From positions 124,001-188,000 of the forward strand of contig CDMY01000656.1 in the NCBI GenBank assembly GCA_001179505.1: 64,000 nucleotides of DNA. The letters run 5' to 3'. Made by a program: the position numbers and the translations under genes. Positions 48,883 through 61,625 of the stretch are shown piece after piece; the stretch's first letter is position 1, and each line of letters opens with the position of its first letter. The notes beneath the pieces were generated by a model. It saw nothing but the letters and a program-made list of their open reading frames with translations. It had not been told where the DNA came from and ran no database searches. Origin of the DNA: Vitrella brassicaformis CCMP3155. Its lineage: Eukaryota; Protista; Chromerida.

Positions 48883-49295
48883 GGGCAGAGTCTGTCGGTC
48901 TCTCATGAAATGAACTGTGTCAATCAGTCGACCGACCCTCAATCCTACATGAGATTCACACCACCAAAACAGGCAGGCCAAACACATTGCTCGATGCAAA
49001 TCTGTCTGCACACCGGTATACACACACATACAAACCAACAGACAGACAGACATGCACACCACTCAGCCAACCGATGATCCCACCCACTCAGCCAGCCAGC
49101 CGTGCGATCGTGTCGGTCCCCTCCCTCCCTCTCTCCCCACAGTCCATGTGTTTAGCTACCAGACGACCCACCGACCGACACACTCACTATTCGCCGCCCA
49201 CGTCTGTGGTGCTGACGGCCATGACGCCCTCCTCGTGTGTTGGCGGGGGCGGCGGGGGCGATGTCTGCACGCTCTTGTCCGACGCCCATGGCCGA
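48883..49295. repeat. Direct repeat copy 1 (copy 2 at about 51553..51975): shared terminal coding segment and 3' flank
   Basis: gggcagagtctgtcggtctctcatgaaatgaa...cctacatgagattcacaccaccaaaacaggcaggccaaacacattgctcgatgcaa is near-identical at both sites, and gtgttggcgggggcggcgggggcgatgtctgcacg is also shared. Confidence 0.85.
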
Positions 49296-51163
49296 CCATC
49301 TAGCTGGTGGCCGAAAACCCTCTGTCTGTCGGCCCCCAGCACCCGCCACACCACCCTCACTGTCTGGGGGAACCTCGCGGTGCCCATCGTGCCCGCCACA
49401 GGAGGCTCCGTCGTGTAGAGGTAGACCTCTGCCTCTCTCGGCCTCCCTATGCTGGGCGGCCTGCAGATGATGTAGAGGTGGGCCTGGAACTGGTGCCCTT
49501 GCTGATCGCCGTGCAGCACGATGATGCGGCGCGAGGTTCCGTTCGTCGCACAGCTGGTGCTGATGGTGTGGCAGTTCCAGACGGGGGGCGGCTGCGTGGC
49601 TAGAGACTCCTGCAGAGAAAGGGAGAGGCCATGAGTCAGCGGGGCAAATGGAGAGGCGCTTGTGTGTGTGACTGTGACTGACCAGAAGGTCGTAGCGTCG
49701 GGCATTGCTGTGCTGGTCGGCATGCTGCACCGCGACCTCCGAACCTCCGGACCGCATCCTGATCAAACAGAAATCACGGGAGAGCGACGCAGCCAATGTG
49801 CAGAAAGCTGTATGTATTGTAATTTTTCCTCACTTTTGCAGCACAGAGTCGCGGACTGAAGCATACACAGTACCTGCAAATCGACACACACACAACAGCC
49901 AAACACACAACAGCCAAAATGATCCATTGCCTATAGCCCTTCCCCCCCTCCATCACCTCGACGGACACACACGGGGTTGTTTGGGTCGGGGTCAGATCTA
50001 AGTCTATCGCGGAGGTCCATGTAGCCCGGCAGATGCACCAAAATGCTCCCGGGGGTGTCCCAGATGGACTGTGGTGTCTGCAGTGGGCGAAGGGTCAGAA
50101 GATGCCCGCCCAGCCGCTCCCGGCCATTGTCGTCGCGCTTGAGCGCCATGCGGCCGAGGTGGCGGCCGATGAGCGACAGCTGCCGGAGCGCCTCACACCG
50201 CCCGTCGTACACCGCCCGGCTGCCCACCGCCTCCACATCGCCACTGGTCAGCTCTATCGGCAACTGCCTCCCTCCTCCCCGCCCCTGATGCTTTGCCACC
50301 CTGATGATCGGCACCATCGCCGCCCACTTACCGCTGTTCTGCAGGGCGTACAGCAGCCGCTGGAGGAAATCCATTGACGCCAGCTGAAAGGTGATGATGT
50401 CCTTGAGGCCCTTGCTGGTCAGCTGCGTGTGGATCAGCGATTCGAGGAGGTCTGCAGAGACCCGATCTCGGCCAGGGCGGCATGTGCCGCGCGTGTGGGC
50501 GAGGCTGACAGCAAGGTCGTTGCCGAGGAGGGGCCACAGGATGTCCCTCTCGACCTCCTGCGGCAGCTGGAACAGGCGAGGCTGATGGCTGGCCTGAACA
50601 ACGAGGCAACCAAGGGAGAGGAGGGAGGCACTGTGGGAGACGGTTTATTCGTGTGTCTGTCTGTGGCTGCTCAAGTACTTACCACCTTGGTGCTGCCGTC
50701 ATCCTGATCTACAGGCTGCTCCACAGGCGCCTTCTCAACCAAACTGAAACCGTCATGCACTTGGAGGGCACACACACAGCAAGCACACAGGATCATTCAA
50801 TCAGTGTGCGTCTACCTACCTGTTGGCGATGCGGCGATGTCTTGGCCTGGTGCGGCACCACCACACGAAACTCCTCTCTCCCCGCTACTTCCCTCATAGA
50901 CACCGCCGTCGCCCCGCTGGTCTCCTCCTCAGTGCGATACACGACGGCCTTGACCCACTCCTGTTTGCCCTTCTCCCGCCCGTCCGTCACCATCCACACA
51001 CGCGTGCCCTTCTTGTAGCGCTCGTGGGATGACGCCACAACCTGATGGATGGATGGATGACACGGACAAACCAGTCGACTGAGTGAATGAGTGGATGAGG
51101 CACATGGACCTGTGGCTGCGGCAAGTCGGCGGCAGCGGCTGACGATGAGGCTGCAGCTGCCAT
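49187..51163 (-). CDS. Lineage-expanded family member with N-terminal SH3/Tudor-like exon and F-box-like motif; spliced
   Basis: MAAAASSS...PQ|VVASSHERYKKGTRVWMV...EWVKAVV; RLFQLPQEVERDILWPLL; SGKWAAMVPIIRVAKHQG...QLPIELTSGDV...LRQLSLIGRHL; YTTEPPVAG is shared exactly with the gene at 9874..11258. Confidence 0.7.
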
Positions 51164-51797
51164 GGCGCCGCGCCGGCCAAACACCCCTGCAGAGGCACAC
51201 AGTGCATCCCATGCATCCCTTAACGTACCCCTTCAGCCATTCTTCTCCATCTTCGCATGCTCACCGACTTAGTGTGGGTATGGTCCCTCAGTTGAGGCTT
51301 CTCATCGTCGCACAGCACTCACAGTGAAAGCACTGAGCGCCAAACAAGCTGCACAGCTACGTTCGCTGGAGACGTCCGATGGATGCTTCCAGGCTCGCAC
51401 AGAGGATTGAATCAATGCCGTTTGTGGTTTGGATGTGAGGATGGTGAGGCGGGCAGCACTGCGGATCACCCATTGCATCTCACAGACACGGTCAGCGCCA
51501 CGCACACGACTTCCATCCATCCATCCATCCAGTCAAAGCGCAACGGCAGGCAGGGCAGAGTCTGTCGGTCTCTCATGAAATGAATTGTGTCAATCAGTCG
51601 ACCGACCCTCAATCCTACATGAGATTCACACCACCAAAACAGGCAGGCCAAACACATTGCTCGATGCAAGTCTGTCTGCACACAGGTATATACACACATA
51701 CAAACGAAGAGACAGAGATGCACACTGGAAGGAAGGAGGCCACCCCGATGATCCCAACCACCCCCTCAGCCAGCCTGCCTGCCAGCCAGCCGTGCGG

Positions 51798-53159
51798 TCA
51801 TGAGTGGCGTTTGAGTCGCAGCTGTGGCTGCTGCAGCTCGCCACGCAGTTCACGGATGTCGGCCTCCAGCTGCTGCTTGCGAGCCTCCAGCAGCTGCCTC
51901 CCACCCTCAAGCACCTGTGTTGGCGGGGGCGGCGGGGGCGATGTCTGCACGCCCTTGTCCGACGCCCGTGGCAGACCAGTCGTGTCGGTGTCGGCCGTCT
52001 GCTCAGCCGCCATGAGCTTCTGCCGCATCTGGGCGATCTGGCCATTCGCCGCCTGCTGCTGCTCGTGGTGGTGACGCGACAAATCCTCTAGGTGACGAGC
52101 ATGCTGATGACCCACACACGTACACACACGGGGAGGGTTTCATCAATCGCCCACACATAAACGTGACATATGTGTGTGTGTGTGTGTGTGTTGGGGCGGT
52201 AACTGACCTCCTTGGCCTGTATTGCCATGGCGTCGCGCAACTCGTCTAGCTCCCGTCTGAGGGCGCCGAGCTCCTTGTCCTTCTGCTCAACCACCGCGTC
52301 GCTACCGGAGGGGCCCGCCGAGGGCGTGGTGGTTGACGGATCCTGGGCGGCCTGTGTGCACCGACAAACAAACAACACATACGTGTGTGTGTTGGTCCAT
52401 GGCGTGGTGCAGTAGATGTCCATACCTTCTGCTGCAGCTTGGCGACTTCGGCCTTGAGGTGCCCATTCTGGTCCTCCAGCTGGCTGATGGTGGCCTGCAG
52501 GCAGACAGACAGACAGAACAGACTTGTGGATAATAAACTTTAAGTAGGATCGGCGTGTCTGTCGTACACTGACCTCCAGCTCGTCTATCTCCGCCAGGAG
52601 CATCCTTTGCACGCAACACACCACACACAGACAGACAGATGAGTGAGTCGGTGTGCGGTATGTCATCTGTGCCGCCCACACCCTCTCTGTCGACTGACGT
52701 GCCCACCTGGTTGTCTTTTGCCGTGCGGGAGTTTTGTACGTGGAGGTCCTGCCACGCAGTGTTGCGGTTGGCGAGAAATTTGTACCGGTCGTACCATTCG
52801 CAGCACTGTGCTGCACGTCACACACAGACAAATGTCGCAACCATGATTGCAGTGGGTGCGATGCGCTTCTCGGTTGATCCCTGACCGTGGAGGAGGTCTC
52901 GCTGTTCGTGCAGCTTCACCAGCTCCTGAGGACTATACCTACTCAGCCCTGCGACACACAGAGATCGCATAATGCCGTTCAGCGTCACCCCCCTCACACA
53001 CAGAGGAGCCATGCAGCTCTTTGCCTGTCCCGCCGCCCCTCTCTGCATCCAATTCACTGCCCTTGAGGCCCACTTACTGTCTGCAAGGCGCGCCTCCGCC
53101 TCGTTGTCCCTCTCGGCGGCCTCGAGGACCTGCTGGAGGCTCAAATGAGGGCCGCTCAT
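51798..53159 (-). CDS. Hypothetical coiled-coil protein; spliced
   Basis: MSGPHLSLQQVLEAAERDNEAEARL...|MLLAEIDELE|ATISQLEDQNGHLKAEVAKLQQK|...KDKELGALRRELDELRDAMA...|LLEARKQQLEADIRELRGELQ; heptad-like composition. Confidence 0.65.
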
Positions 53160-53345
53160 CGTCGCCTCTCGTGCTTTCTTCTTGAGCAGCCAGCTCCCTG
53201 TCGATCCGTTGGGGATGCAGGGTTTCGGTAAAACCGTTGTTGCGGATCTTGCCAAAACCTTCAATTCACCCAAACACACCGATCAGCGCTTCTTTTTGTC
53301 CCCTCCTCTTGCACTCGTCTCCTAATTCCGCCCCCACCGTCAGAA

Positions 53346-55112
53346 ATGGCGCCCCCCGAGTCACAGGGCGAGGTACCTGTTTCCCACGGCCACAACCTCA
53401 ATATGACCATCCCCGGCCCAGGCGTCAACGATAAACCTGCAAGACCTGTCGGGAAGCTGGTCTTCCCGGACAAAAATACCTTCGACAGCAGGCCCCTGAC
53501 GCCTTTGGTTGGCGGGGCGGAGAAGGGGGGCAAGGCGGTGCGAGTGGTGAAGAATGCGACCAGCGGGTTTTGGGACCCACGGACACCTGCAGCTGAGCTG
53601 GAGGGGAGGAAAACGTGAGCTGGGATGAGCTGTGGATGAGGGGATGGGATGGGGAGGGTGGAGGCCGGAGGGGAGAGAATGTGTGTGTGTTTGCGTGCTG
53701 TGTGGTTGCAGGCGGAGAGGGCCTGGGCAGTTCCAGTCGCGCTTGAAGAGCGTCCCCTACCTACATGCCGGTACGCAGCCGATGGCCCAATCTCTCTGTG
53801 TGTCTGTCTGTTTGACTATTGTCATGTTCTGACGTCAGTCTATATCGACGCACCCCGCAAGCTGACGATGAAGCGGCTGCCCGAGGTCGCGCACATCGGG
53901 CGGGGCGAGCGGACGAGACACTCCTACTCATCCAGACACCTCGACACACACGAGCGGCTCTTCTCCACGCAGACCATATCAAGCACGGTAGGTGCCGGGT
54001 GTCTCTTTCTCTGTGGGTCGACATATGTACGATGTCTGCGTGTCTTGTGTTACCAGATGCGCTTGCGCGGCGCGGAGGCGAGCCGCATCGCTGCGATCGG
54101 CAGACATGGAGAGGGGGGGTATCTGCACGAAGTGGAGGATTCGCTGCCTCCCAGCGCCTGGATCAGCTACCGCGCCGCGCGGGCCGCGAGTATGCCCCAC
54201 TTGCAGCGGCGTCAGAGGCAGCCGTCGCCCACACATCCCGCGGTAGGCTGGTGTCTCCTTAGACCTGTGTTTTTCATCACCTTTCTGTATGTGTATCTGT
54301 AGGTGTACAGCGCGAGCCGCATGGGCGGTTGGGCGATGGACAGACCCGCTGTGTCTTTCGATCTCAAGGCGGCCGAAAAGGTGGGCGCGGGACAAGGAGG
54401 GCAGGGGAAGTCATTGATTCCTTCCTTCGTGTGGGTGGGCGCTTCCCCATGTGTGCAGCCGGTCAAGTACGTGCAGGGCCGGCCTCCCGACCATCCTGAG
54501 GTACCACGCAAGACAGACAATGCACTAGAAAAGGCCATCCCACTGTCCTCCATTCTTTAGGCGTTGAGTGACATGTACACGCCGTCAGCCAGGATCAGCG
54601 GCCACCCCGAGACCCCCATTTGCGCCCCACACATCGACCGGGGGCTGAGCGCAACCACACCGAGACACTTCAAAGCTCCGCCACCTAGTGCATCCACTGT
54701 GGCAGCGGTAGGCCACACACACACAGACAGGCAGACAGAAATGAGAATGCACCCATCCAGCGGGATGTCTCGTTCGTCAGGCTTGTTTGTCGATTCCCAC
54801 GTTGAAGCTGGATGGCAAAATCGACATTGATGGCACGGATGTGTCGCCGTCCGGTCGCGGGCCGGCACCTGCGCCCACGACCGACGAACGGCTGGACTGG
54901 TTCAGGGGCGGGCTGAAGCGCTTTCCCGACACGATCGCTGGCAAGGGGCTGGGCACCTCTCGTGTGATTGCGCAGGGCGAGTACCTGGACCTCCTTGAGG
55001 GAACGGCAGGGCCGGGGCTCTCTGACAGCACCCGATCGCTGGCGGGAAGCGCCAGCCAGCCTGACCTGTAAGCCACAGGCCTTCCTTGATGCATGGAGGA
55101 AGGCCATGGCCT

Positions 55113-55145
<33 letters not shown>

Positions 55146-55855
55146 AGCCGTCAGCTGGTCGGCGAGTCGCCAGCTGACGAGTCGCCTGTGTCGGCTCTTC
55201 CCGCCACAGGGATGCTGACGTCTCGCGGCGCCATAGCGTCCAACTTCAAGTATGAGGAGATGACGAGCGACCCCATCCTGGCATACACACGGCCGTCATT
55301 CACCGCCACAAAGACCGGGGAGGTAATTAGTGCGGCCGGCACAGCACAGACAGACGGTGCATCCGCGTGTGTTGCCTTGGTGGTCAGCGCGGCATCCGCA
55401 TCACCAAGATGGATCCCCCGGCCAGTAAGGTGCACCCATGGGACGACCTCAAGCCACAGACACCAGAAGTCCGGCTCAACCCGCCGTACGCGAGACACAC
55501 TCACTCACAGACACACCCTCTCCCCCCAATGCACCCTGCTGCCTCTATATGCAGTGTGTGGTTCCTGGACCCTGTCCACGAGCCCCTGCCCACTGACCGC
55601 ATGACGCGTGACCGCCGTGATGTGGCATCACAGCTGTACTGGAACCAGGCTGTCAGCAATCCGTGCGACCGAAGCCCGGAGGAATACTACTTCGCTACGG
55701 AAGCGGTGAGCCGATCCGATAGAGCAGCAAGGATCCATGTGTCCTCCCTGTTCGTCCGTATAATTGTCAGAATCCCAGCCGTCGCCGCGACTACTCTGAG
55801 GGCTACATTCTGCCTGCGGGCATTCAGGACACCAGGCCGCCGTTCCATCAGGTGA
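53346..55855 (+). CDS. Hypothetical Pro/Arg-rich disordered protein, possibly microtubule/flagellum-associated; about 10 exons
   Basis: Successive short exons with coding-like sequence: MAPPESQG...GFWDPRTP, VYIDAPRKLTMKRLPEV, RLDWFRGGLKRFPDT, SNFKYEEMTSDPILAYTRPSF, KVHPWDDLKPQ, WFLDPVHEPLP...QLYWNQAV. No catalytic motif; the function is a guess. Confidence 0.6.
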
Positions 55856-56794
55856 GTGAGGGGGACATGAAGGGGTGCCCATCCCATCTTGCGTATGTAT
55901 GTCTGTGCGACTATGCGTCCGTGCGTGTGCAGCTGATCACGCCTCGGATGCAGCAGGAGGGCAAGATGAATATGCGTCTCACATAGGCGTCTTGATGATG
56001 GATGGGGCTTCTGGGTGAAATGGGAAGTGTGGTTTGTCCGAAAACAGCGACGAGCCTCACTGTCAGTCACTGCTCTATAAAGGGGATGCCCGACGCGTGT
56101 CTGTCTCTAAGGTCAACTGTTCTGGCGTTTAAGGCCTTCTCGATTGGCCGTGTGTCTGTCTGTCCAACTGTCTGTCTGTCTGTCTGTCTGAATGCCTGAG
56201 TGTGTCCCGCTGAAGCTCAGCAGATCTGTCCGTTACAGTCTGTCTGTCTGGTTGACCTTCCTTAAGGGAGACGGGGGGAGTGTTGTTCAGTTGGCTCAGT
56301 GCAAATGCAGTGTCGGTGTCTGGTCGGCGGACGAAGGAAGGAACAAAGGGAGAGAGGACGGACTAGGGGTGAGATGGAGATGGACAGATAGAGACGATGG
56401 ATGGAGGGAGGGAGGGGCGAGTGGGTGGATGGATGGACTGAGTGACTCATGGGCGGTACCGATTTGATGGGGGATGGTATGCAAGGATTGATTGAATGGT
56501 CATGAAGGGTCTTAGGACATGCGCGCACACTTGACTGACACAACTGGGCAGCAAGGCAGTCTGTCGAGTTGCAGACGGATACGAAATGCCGAGACATGCA
56601 AATATAAAATGTAGGCAGCAGTAATCTAACCACCCCCTCCGCTAACTCATCCCTCGCCCTCGGGCACTGAGAGCAACACACACGTATACGACGGGACAGC
56701 ATCGACAGAGACATGGCAATTTGGAGAAAAGCTTGCAGGCGGTCGCTCGTCAACCGAGACACACAAATATAAAATGTAGGCAGCGGTGAGCTCC

Positions 56795-59230
56795 CTATCC
56801 CCCGCTGGCACGGAATGTCTCGGCGGTGTCCTGTTGGCGCCGCACATCGAGGTCGTAGTCACCGCCCCAAAAATCGCCACGTGGCTTCTCAAGGAGAGGA
56901 GCGCCCTGGCCGGTCGATGACGCGACGTTGAGGGCGGTCTGCGGGGGATGGCAGCGGCTCTGTGCCAGCGAGACAGACCCGTTGCAGCAATCGCTGCGTC
57001 CCGACAGGCACTGCGTGTGTGTGTGTGTGTTGATGCATGGCGTGGTGCAGTAGACGTACATACCTTCTGCTGCAGTTTGGCGAGTGCGGCCTTGAGCTCC
57101 GCATTCTCGTCCTCCAGCTGCTTGATTTTGGTCTGCAGGCAGACAGACAGATAGACAGACAGACAGAACAGACGTGTGGATAACAAAAACTAAGTAGGAT
57201 CGGCGTGTCTGTCGTGCACTGACCTGCAGCTCGGCTATGTCCGCCAGCAGCATTTGGAGGGACTTCTGGTCTGCGGCCTGCACAGCGCGGTACTTGTCGC
57301 GCCTTGGTGAAGCGCTGCGATGGGTCGTCGGCGTCGAAGTCGACAAGAGTCGGATGATGGGCCATCTCACACACAGCCTCTCTCTAAGCACCCCCTCCCC
57401 CCCTCCCCCCTTCAGCGGGGGAGATGATGTGCTGCTGAGGGCCGAGGCCCTCAGCAGCCGCAGCATCCCCACCACCCCTTGGGCGGCGGGGATGGCTCCC
57501 GCACTTGATAGGTGGTGGCGGTGTGCGGGGGTGGGAGTGGGAGTGGGACTGGCCGATGCGCAAACACCCACAGAGGGGGACGGGGCCGCTGCGGTCTGCC
57601 CGCCGCCAAAGAGCCCGACAGCTCCTCTGCCCTCCCTCCTCGCCGCACCCATTCCTCTCCTCCCCTGCACATGGCGATGGGTCTCCGATGCCGATGCCGG
57701 TGCCGCTGCCGCCGTACGCCCCTCAGGCGGACTAGCATACCCACCGAGCTGCCTCTCCCAATTGCCAAACAACAGATGATTAGGGTGGGCAGCAGATGAT
57801 GCGGCGCCAAAGGGTGGAGCTGGGTGTGAGTGGAGATCCGGCGCTTGGGTGGCGTCAGGTGTAGGTAGGGGAGGGCGGGGCGGGGGCGGCACAAAGTGGA
57901 CGGGGTGGCGGGGCGGACTGCGAGCGGCGGCCCGTGTTGCTGTGCGCGCCTGTAGATGAAACACACACACACATACACACAGATACAGACACATACACAG
58001 GTCAGTCAGGTGATTCGTTGAATGCGTGTCAGTCACATGAACCATCACACATCATCTCACTCGTCCAGACAACTCACTCACTCGTGCGTACGTACGGACG
58101 GACGGACGTACCTGTGCTCTGCGGTGGTCGACGCTGGAAGGAGGCACGACACAGACAAAAGAGCGGGTATGCATTGGAAATGTCTGTCTGTCTGTCTGTC
58201 TCCCTTACTTAATGAATGTCTCTCTCTCGCTCTAGTTAGTACCTACCTGGGTTGCTTCTGGTAGTGGGAGTGGATGAGCGTCAGGGCCATCGCTATGTCT
58301 TCCCGAACCTTGTCTGGGGACTCTGGATGTTCATCGGGGATCGGCACAGGGATGCCGGCCGCTCGTCTTGCCCGCCCAGTCTCCATGGGTCGCTGTCTGG
58401 GTGGCCCTCTGGGGCTGCGGCTGCTGGGACCATGACCTCGTCCCTGTCACGGCCGTCGTCTGGCGCCTGTGGCCTCTCCCCCCTCTCTCTTCTCGGGTGG
58501 TTGTCACGTGGCCCCTCCACACTACGCAAGCCCCCCCGCCCCCCCTGCCCCCCCTGCCCCCCTCTCTGGGGGGGCGGTAGGTCACGGCCCTCAGCAACAG
58601 CAGAAGAGCCCCCCCTTCTTCTGGGGGGGCGACTCCGACCAATGGCCATCCTGGTGTGGGTGCCAGTGGTGCGAGGGTGGTGGGCCGTTGGCGGTGTGGG
58701 CAGGGGAGGGCGGGGAGGAGCCGGCACCATATGGACATTGTGCCTCGCCCGCTGGTGGGGCATCTGTCGCGGTGGGGCAGGGGTCATGCGGAGGGGAAGG
58801 TGGGCGGTTGGCGGGGGAGGGGCCAGTAGGTGCTGCTGGTGCTGCCGGTCACCGTGGCGCCCCTCGCTGACCTGCTGACACACATAATGTACCCACAGAC
58901 AGAGAGCATTCCGTGTGATTAGGTGATGCTCATGGAGCACGCAGTACGCACACTTACTCGTGTTGGCTTTGGTAGGGGAGGGCGGGGCGGGGGCGGCACA
59001 TAATGGACACGGCGGCGCAGCGGACTGCTGGCGGCCTGTAGATGAAACACACAGATACAGACACGTACAGACACATACACAGGTCAGTCAGGTGATTCGT
59101 TGAATGCGTGTCAGTCACATGAACCATCACACATCATCTCACTCGTCCAGACAACTCACTCACTCATGCGTACGTACGGACGGACGGACGGACGGACGGA
59201 CGTACCTGTGCTCTGCGGTGGTCGACGCGG
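56795..59230 (-). CDS. Pro-rich modular region ending in a coiled-coil paralog of 51798..53159 (gene or pseudogene fragments)
   Basis: MLLADIAELQ|TKIKQLEDENAELKAALAKLQQK, with homologous introns, duplicates 52380-52620. There are three VH[FMY]VPxPPRPPLP exonic units, and an intron-exon block is duplicated at 57875-58137 and 58970-59229. Confidence 0.5.
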
Positions 59231-59399
59231 GAGGACCCCTTGGGATGGCTCCTTGGCGAAGACCGCAGGTCGACCTCAACGGTGGCCATGCCCGCCTCCC
59301 TCACGTCGGCCTTCTCGGTATCGATTCCCTACTCGTGCACGGTGCTGACGGCCATCACTCCGTCGATGGGCACGTGTTGCTTAGCATTTTGGCGAAACA

Positions 59400-61579
59400 A
59401 CACCGCCCGTCAGTCAGAAGGTCGCCCCCTCCTGCTTGAAACAGAGGCATGCCGCCAGCCAGCGGCAGCATGAACAGAGCCAGCAGCAGTCGTCCTCTTC
59501 CTTCTCGTTCCCATCACCACCGCCACCGGGAGGGCTGGGAACACGGTGCACGAGCTGCTGAAGGAAACACACATACACGTACGTCTGAGTGGAATCGTTA
59601 TATGCTCTCAATTAGTCGTTTCGTACGTAGGGGGCATAGGCGGCCATCAGGGGGCAGTGCATCCGTGGCTGCACGACGAAAACGACCACCAACAGATACA
59701 TCCATCCATCCATCCATTCCTCCGTCCGTCCGTCCGTCCATTCGTCCGCCCCTTTCCTTGACATTTTCTATGTACCTGGTGGTGCACGACTGGGTGGGCG
59801 AACGGCTGGCCAGCTCCTCCCCTCTGAACAGCATCCACAGAAGCGCACATGTCACAAGCGCCCTATGCACCCCCATCTTTGCAGACGATCCACCTACCAT
59901 CTGCAAAGCAGCAGGGCGCACTCCTCCTCGGGCACCAGCCCGTGCAGCGGCCTGAGCCAATGGCAGGATGGAATCTTCAGATCCTTCCACCTGCTGCTGT
60001 CTCGGTGGCGAGGGGTGCGAAGAGCGTCCTGCACGTGCCTGTGGGACCAAATGGTCACACACATATGACAAATGTTTCTTCCACACACACCTCTGTCATC
60101 TCCCTACCGCTCGTCGTCGCCGCCGCTCGATGGAAATCTGGGCGGCTCTCTGCCACTGAGCACACCACAGATCCATGTCCACAGATGCCCTCAGCAAATG
60201 ACGCTTCTCTCGCTTGTGTGAACCTCGTCCATCCGCTACTCGTGCTCCTGATGACGACGCACAACACACACACTCACGTCATGTTACTTGCCTCATGGGC
60301 CCATCTCGTACGTCTTTGCGGACCTCCGTCAGTTCTCTGTAGCGGCGGCTCCGCTCGCACTCGGTGGCCAGCTCGGGGGGTGTGCGGGGCATCGGTGGCG
60401 TCACCAGGCCGTCTGGGGGTCACACAAGCACATACAGCATCACAAGTGAGCTACCTGAGTTTGTCACCTGAGCTACCTGAGGGTGTGGGAACGTAGATCC
60501 CCACCCCGGAGCGGGGAGGGGAAGCGCTGGCAGCGACGGCGAGGGCTGCCATGGCTCCTGCGTACACACAAACTCACGTACACATTGGCCATCTCCCATT
60601 CCCCCTCTGGGTCACCTGGGCCGCGTGTGCTCCTGTAGCTCGCCGCTTCGGCAATGGGCGCGTTGCTGAACATCTTGGCAAAAAGCCGCCCGTCTTCAGT
60701 GAGGAGGACGTCCCCCTCCTGCTTGAGAAAGGGCTGCTGCCTTCCTCCTCGGAGGGCAGCAGCCGCTGCAGCTGCCGTCGATGCAGATGTGATCGTATTT
60801 ATCAGCGATCCCGAATCCTTGGTTACCAACCTGAAGACAGGCGTCGTCCGTGCATGTGTGCGCGGTGGTTGATGCCGCTCAGTGCAGTACTCGGCTGCAA
60901 AATCAAAACGATCAGCAGACATAGGCATCCATTCTATCCTTCTAGCCACGTTTCGTGTACCTGCGGGCGGCGAAGGGGCCGGTAGAAGTCGGTATGCATC
61001 GACTGCTGCACACAAATCACAGGCAACCTATAGGAGTCCCCATCTCTGCAGCCCATTCACTTGCCACCTGTGTGTGCATCGTGGTGGGTGTGGGCGTGAA
61101 TGGGCGAGATGGCCCCCCTCCTCGTGATGCTCCGGCGGGCTGAGCACATGCAAAAAGGACGCACAAAAAGACACAAATCCCTGACTACCCACACCACCTC
61201 TCTCAGCTCCGTACCTGCAGCTGTCTCTCGCGCTGGCGGGCTTCCTCTCGGGCCAGCCGCTGACCACACACACGGACAGGGACACACCACTGTTCACAGA
61301 TGCCTCCAACAAACGACTCCTCTCTTGTTTATGCGAACCTCATCTGCCAGCCGCCATCTCTCCTGATGACCACACACCATACACAGACACGTCATACGGC
61401 TTTGTCATGCGCCGAACCGCGCGCGCATCTGGTGCTTCTCGCGTACCAGGTCAGCGGGGCTCCTGGCGAGTCTGGGGCGGCTTTCAGGCGGCGTGACGGG
61501 CGTGAGCGGCGTGCGGCGTCCTGAGTGAGGGTGACACGAGCACATCATCAAGCAACAGACGGAGGGGGGATGTTTTAGT

Positions 61580-61625
<46 letters not shown>

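Noticed and set aside
56850-58640. FWGGD peptide appearing in two ORFs
   Set aside because: On opposite strands with no extended nucleotide similarity; judged coincidental.
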